Of a stretch of 18,020 nt of DNA, positions 12,623-18,020 are shown one piece after another (position 1 is the stretch's first letter; each line of letters opens with the position of its first letter). The notes under the pieces are model-generated. The model did not search any database. It was not told the origin of the DNA and saw only the letters and a program-made list of their open reading frames with translations. Source of the stretch: Ginkgo biloba (taxonomy: Eukaryota > Plantae > Ginkgophyta); the NCBI GenBank assembly GCA_024626585.2, contig JANKJI020000002.1, positions 173,275,989 to 173,294,008 on the forward strand. Reading direction: 5' to 3'. The position numbers were made by a program, and so were the translations under genes.

Positions 12623-12745
12623 AAGTGTTTCTGCATCTTCAACCCAACTTTCATGTGTTGTTCCTTTTGATCCTGTGACAACAATAATATCAGAATCCAA
12701 CACTTGTGATGCACCATTGTTCACAAAAGCTTTAGTGTCTCCATC

Positions 12746-12831
12746 TGACATAGCATCCTTATTTGACACTACATCCCAAAGCCCATTACTTGCAAGAACC
12801 AAAACTCCAAATCCTCATCAACTATTGCTTC
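12746..12831 (-). pseudogene. PP2C: Processed (intronless) duplicate of the PP2C 75-bp exon plus first ~12 nt of the terminal exon, frameshifted
   Basis: 12831-12758 is a 74-nt copy of exon 12005-11931 with 4 substitutions and a 1-nt deletion (DG>NG, NE>NK). It abuts the previous exon exactly at CAG|GAA and continues GATGCTATGTCA, versus GATGCAATTTCA at the start of the terminal exon. Confidence 0.9.
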
Positions 12832-12923
12832 CTGGATCTCAAGTTCAACCACAACATATTGTTTCAATAATCGATTGCCAAACGCACGAGACACTGCAAG
12901 CACACCTCCTACTCTCCATGTGC
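12832..12923 (-). CDS. PP2C: PP2C exon (92 bp) with intact acceptor but no splice donor in this assembly
   Basis: cttgtag|GC ACA TGG. Translates (G)[30 protein letters not shown]. The 3' end deviates from conserved VVAEPEIQ and is followed by exon sequence instead of GT. Confidence 0.85.
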
Positions 12924-13183
12924 CTACAAGCAACATCACTTATAATTTAGATGTACACAGCTTCAATCTACATGCAACATATTGCAGAGCTTATGATCAT
13001 AGACAACTTGTTGACTGATAATTCCAAGAAAAATATGACAAATTCCAGGGTCCATATAATAATACTCGAGCTTGCTCTGGATTTGAACATACATCAAAAC
13101 CTTTCTTCCAAAAACCCATTCTATGAAACACAGCTACATAATCAAATGTAAAACTGCACAGAAAACAAGATAAAAACACTTAC

Positions 13184-13270
13184 CAGCCCACATAACATTG
13201 CCTCCAGCTTGTTCAATGCGCTCGCGCTCATCACTTCTATTAGGTTTGTGGTCCTCAGAGAGCGGAATGG
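13184..13270 (-). CDS. PP2C: PP2C exon (87 bp, intact)
   Basis: ctgattgcag|CC ATT...TGG GCT G|gtaagt. Translates (A)[29 protein letters not shown] with the DHKP..ER.RIE.AGG motif. Phase matches the next exon across a 260-bp intron. Confidence 0.95.
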
Positions 13271-13989
13271 CTGCAATCAGAATTCTAATTAGATTTTTTC
13301 CACTTCCAAGAAACTGCCGACAGCCAGTGAGCATAAATCACTATCTTAAACAGCTAGAACTGCTTGTTTGCCCCCATCCACACCCCCTGATTCCTCCCTC
13401 CCATCCACATATTAGAAAAATATCCAAGGTGGCATGGATTCACAATTCGAGGAATCCCATTTGCACCATTACGTAGGTTTGTCTGTGAAAACGACTACAA
13501 AAGAACAAAAATATAGAAATAAAATAACTGGTAGAGGGAAAAAATCAGACAAATACCACCTGTGCATGGGACTCTGCAACTGACAGTTGTGAAGTCCTGC
13601 TTCGCTTCATTACAATCATCGCACAAAAGACAAAAAAGGTAAAGAATACTACTATTCACCTGAAAACACTCCTTTTGAATGTCTTTGTGTGTGCATTAGC
13701 AAACACAGCATTAGATCCCAACAGCAAAAGATCTGCGTATATCTTTGATGCAAGACTATCCAATGAACATGACCAACTTATCTGACGATCTACAGAATGT
13801 TAAGCAGTGTGAGAAGAAAGTGCAAAGCCATCAAAAATTTGATGAGAATCAACCTTTCCCTCATATGACTGCATCACCCTAAGTCAATAGAAAGATAACC
13901 CCATTGAACTGTTGAATGAAAATTGGCAATTGTGATTGGATCTTCTCTTCTGCCCTAATTATTTGTCTGTCTAAGGTCAGCTCCTTGTT

Positions 13990-14994
13990 AATTGCATGCT
14001 AACATATCGGACAAATAGTTAAGAAGATACAACTCTCTTCCTTGGCTCTCCAAGCCCTCTTTTTTTTGTGTTGATCCATCATAAAGAAATCTATCATCAT
14101 CATCATGGGAAACATTTTCCATTCCCTTCACTTCCACCTCGATGTCACCAACTAAGAACAACATTCTCCTTCTAGTCTCATGCATTACCAGATCTTCATG
14201 TTGCATCTCCTCAAATGGTGCTTCATCATGTTATTTATATGGAACTTGCTCCTCACACTAAGCTCTACCTCTCTCTTCAAATTTTCATGGAACTTATACC
14301 TATGCCTTTTCAACATTCCCTTGCTCGGGCTTCTCTAAAATCTCCTCAATGACTCTTTTCATTTCCTCACTCACCTAAGCCTTAGATGCTCTCAACTCTT
14401 CCATGATCCTCATGAGATCCTCCTCACTCCTAATCTACTTCTCAAAAACCATGACCCATTCCTTAGGTTCTTCAGTTGATCCATCATTTGAAACAGCACC
14501 ATGTTCCTCACTTGGAACTACTTATATGTCCTTTGACACTCCCTCTTCCTCACACAAGATCTTTGTCATATATGGAACTTCATCTAGTTCCTCCTTACCT
14601 AGGTATTCAACACCCTCCTTAGGAAAATATAGTTATCAACCTTGATCTTCTCTCATAACATTAGATTCCCTTTCTTCTTCATCACACTCAAGCTCATTCA
14701 ATCTCCCTTCATCTCGCTCATCATCCAAGCTCTCTTTTGGCCTTAACTACCTTTTCACCTTCTTCATAAATTCTTCTATCACCTATTTTTCTTTCTTCTT
14801 GCACCATTTATTTACTTCCTTTCAAAACTATTCTTCTTCTCTGAGCCTCTACTCTTCTACCTCTAATTATATTAACCATTTCCTTAGGGCTGTAATTATT
14901 TAATCTTGGTTCCCCTTCTCTCCCTTGCATCTCTCGATGCCATCTTCACCTACAACTCTGCACCACCAAATCTTTGGCACTTCTTCTTCAATAG
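13990..14994 (-). mobile_element. Decayed purine-rich, Glu/Lys-rich frame, probably retrotransposon-derived, within the PP2C intron
   Basis: Strong GA bias on the - strand, stop-interrupted acidic frames, and internal recurrences (GTTGATCCATCAT at ~14070 and ~14475; TGGAACT four times). No domain recognised. Confidence 0.4.
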
Positions 14995-15094
14995 NNNNNN
15001 NNNNNNNNNNNNNNNNNNNNNNNNNNNNNNNNNNNNNNNNNNNNNNNNNNNNNNNNNNNNNNNNNNNNNNNNNNNNNNNNNNNNNNNNNNNNNN

Positions 15095-15520
15095 AGAATG
15101 GAAAAGATGGAAGAGTCACTAAATGAGTATATGATAATGATGGAAATCATAGTATTTAGGAAGGAAAACTATCCTAAAGGGGAGATCATCCCTAAAAAAA
15201 CTTAGGAAGTGAATGGATTTAATAAAAACTACCTTCCAAAGGTAGAAATATAAAATTTTGATGGAAAGAATATAAGGACTTAGATCATCTAAATGGAGAA
15301 GTATTTCAACCTTATCAAGTACCCTCTCACAAGAAGATCATATTAGCTTCATTACATATGGATACTAAACCATTATAATGGTATCAATGGCTGAAGAAAA
15401 GATGGAGTGACCTATCTTATATATTGAAAAATTTTATGGATGATTTAATATCTTAATATGGAAATGTATGGTAAGTAGACCATTTTAGTCATCTTGTAAA
15501 GGAAAGATAGACAAGATCTA
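15095..15520 (+). mobile_element. Degenerate Ty3/gypsy gag (Retrotrans_gag) fragment
   Basis: FPKVEI*NFDGKNIRT*II*MEKYFNL..VPSHKKIILASLHMDTKPL*WYQWLKK..DHFSHLVK matches the plant gypsy gag pattern PK....FDG.....W...ME.YF......K...ASL.......WYQWL. Confidence 0.85.
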
Positions 15521-16510
15521 TAAACATTATTCAGCACCTACGTTGACAAAAAAGTTTAGCTCATAATGGGAAGTAAAACAAAGCTGACTATAATTAGCAG
15601 CCTATTCTGCATCTAAAGACAAAAAATGAAGAAACAGGAGAATTATGCTCAAAACAAATTCGTAAGCCCCAAAATGCAAATCAAAAATTAAAACCTGACC
15701 CTCCATATACAAATGGAAGATAGAAAACTTTGCCCAAAATGCCAATCAAAATGCACGGGTAGAAGAAAAAGATATAGCCCCAAGACACGAGTGAGCTCCA
15801 AAGGGAAGAGGACACAGGCCTTCTAGACCAATAGTGTAGACTACACCGTCTCATTAAAAGGTTACAAGTGCATACATAATCCCATGTAGCCAAAAACTGT
15901 GCTAGAATAGCCATTAGCTGCATTTATATTCACACGGAAGAACCCATGGTTTTGCAAAGATGATAGACGTAAAACTAAGGGAGCTTTTCTCTGAGGGTGA
16001 GAGTATGCACATGCTTAAAACAGCACGGCCAGAGAGGTGGCTAAGTTACTCTAAATTAACAGGGAAGCATGCAACCAATGGTAGGCAGAAATATAATCAA
16101 GAATAGAGTAGTTACAAAAGCAGAATGCCTTCAAAAGGCCATTACAAGGGCTACCACCACAATAGAAGAATATGTTTCCAAGGTAGACACGGACAATGGG
16201 ATTGTATTCATGAAGCTAGCAACCAGCAAGCAAGTGGATACATTACCATGGTTGCACATTAATGCAATGAATGCGAGAATAAGACGGAGGGAGGGAGAGG
16301 CACAAGTTATTGGTCTAGTATTGATCCACGGTGAATGTGTTTATAAATACATGTTGCATTGGAGGAAGATGAGACAGACGGATTGACAGGATGAGTAAAT
16401 CATGGATAGTTCATGCCCATGACCTCGTACAAAATTGGCTACGAACTTTAAAATATGCAAAACATCATAGTGTTAATTATTGCAAATAAATATAGTTAAT
16501 AAAAAATCAA

Positions 16511-17131
16511 GCAACCCAAATTAAAAGGTGGTAGCTGGAATAATAAGTGCCACAATCCTAACAGATGAATAAGTGTGCAGATTGGGGTGCACTTTACCTA
16601 CATCGTTTATATAACAATAGGCTATGAGAAGAAGCTTGGTTATGACTCTACGAAGTATAATGCCAGGAATAAAGATCAGGATGCAAACAGAGGTGTAAGC
16701 ATTTATGCTTATGAAAAGATGCAGCAATCAGATCTAGAATTGATCCATGTGAACTATTGCAAAATATGCGTTGAAGTTGAGGAACAATAGACAGACTGAC
16801 NNNNNNNNNNAGAAAATTATGGACTATTCATTGCAAAGACTGTGCTGGCAAGCTCCTTAAAGGTAAGCAACCATCATCACAAAGAGAAGAACAACCAAGC
16901 AAAGCTTAGGCACAAGCAAGCCAAATCAAAAGGCGGTAGCTGCGTAAGCGCCACAACCCAAACAGATGGACAAGTGTGCAGATTATAATATACTTTCCCT
17001 GCATCATTTATGAGAAAAGGGTATAAGGAGAAGGTTGTCCGTTCTTTAAGAAGTGCAATGTTAGAAAATAAAGATCAGAGTTCAAGTACGAAGATAAGCA
17101 TTTATGCTTATGTAAGCTACAAAAATCAGAT
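16511..17131. repeat. Diverged direct duplication of a ~220-bp unit (16511-16733 and ~16916-17131; offset ~400 bp)
   Basis: Collinear shared blocks: AAAAGG(T/C)GGTAGCTG; ACAGATG.A.AAGTGTGCAGATT (16561/16962); AATAAAGATCAG (16668/17067); TAAGCATTTATGCTTATG (16696/17095); AATCAGAT. Confidence 0.85.
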
Positions 17132-18020
17132 TATCTTCAGTCACAGACGCCGTTGACCTCACATAACCAGTGTCCACAAGTTAATAATGAAAAAGCAAGT
17201 GTCATCAACACATCCCCGATCTTCACTGGGCAGCACAGTAATTTAAGTCACCAAGTTCGGGTTTCAGTTCAGTGAACCGAAATTAGAATCATAAATATTT
17301 AAAAAGTTCACCATGGAATTCACCGTCCATAAATATTACTCGGTGTTGCATTTACATTCTTGGAGAAGTGTAGCTTTTCATTTCAATTTGAATAAAAATG
17401 TCTGAAAAAGCCCCTGAAATTGCTCACAAAACCCACAAATCCTTTCCCTTTTGAAAACACATGCACTCAAAAAAATCGTCCTAAAATCCTCCTCGAAAAA
17501 AATATTCAAACTTTTAGGATGAAATTCAATAAACCTTACAAATAAAACACTAGCTACAAAGATCAGATAATATAGCAAGCAGGCATCAAGTGCACATTAT
17601 GGAGCCTCAAATCATTTACATACATATGGTTCATAATACTGCACGCATTAGCGAGTGTAGTGCTATACAATCCTAGGGAGTTGTAAATAACATTGCAAAT
17701 CCAGTGTGTGGGTAGTATAGCATTAGGAAGTGAACACTCAAAATTCATCAAAGGACTGTAGTGGGCAAAATCAAGACACTACAGTAAGAAGCAGTGGAGG
17801 TTAGAAGCTCAAGAATTATGGCATGCCCATGAGTTAGCAATGGTGCTGACAAAATTCTCTCCACCAAGCTAAGAAGAGGAGAGCACTGCCAATGCATTAG
17901 CCAAGAGCATATATTGAGCATATATGGTACTACTATTACATTGCAAATATCATGGAAGAGAAGTAGAGTGACTTTACACCACTCAGAGGTAAACTGACCA
18001 TATTGTGATCCTGGAAGACA

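Noticed and set aside
12537-12950. 137-aa + strand ORF
   Set aside because: It is the antisense shadow of the PP2C/HSP70 chimeric coding sequence.
13198-13476. 92-aa + strand ORF
   Set aside because: Antisense to a PP2C exon and intron, with no recognisable protein features.
16069-16386. 105-aa + strand ORF
   Set aside because: No recognisable domain or splice context. It lies antisense within an intron and is probably chance or repeat-derived.
16511-17131. Telomerase RNA or spliceosomal snRNA identity for the duplicated unit
   Set aside because: No CTAAACCCT-type template, no USE/TATA promoter, and no recognisable U-snRNA or C/D box motifs.
17755-17785. 9-bp inverted repeat ACTGTAGTG/CACTACAGT
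   Set aside because: Short enough to be expected by chance, with no supporting context.
17871-17890. AAGAAGAGGAGAGCACTGCC resembles miR529/miR156
   Set aside because: It needs an indel and a mismatch, is low-complexity purine sequence, and has no convincing star arm.

Overview
AT-rich, gap-riddled draft eukaryotic sequence from a large plant genome. The gag style and the TE-filled long intron suggest a gymnosperm (inference). Positions ~1-9400 are a mosaic of decayed retroelements: a + strand Ty3/gypsy element with gag/PR/RT/RNase H and almost no integrase, a - strand LTR plus tRNA-Asp PBS of Athila type, a - strand Ty1/copia RT-RNase H fragment, and possible LINE and LTR remnants. On the - strand, 13270-11588 holds the last four coding exons of a clade-F type-2C protein phosphatase (PP2C76-like). 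Its upstream exons are not visible, and the >4.7 kb upstream intron carries TE remnants and a diverged ~220-bp duplication. The most unusual feature lies inside this gene. The second visible exon has no splice donor and runs directly into a spliced (intronless), frameshifted copy of the next exon plus the first bases of the last exon. That copy is fused to an unidentified ~125-nt open frame and then to a decayed cytosolic HSP70 fragment. This is a multi-gene, mRNA-derived chimera, either physically recombined into its parent gene or mis-joined there by the assembler.
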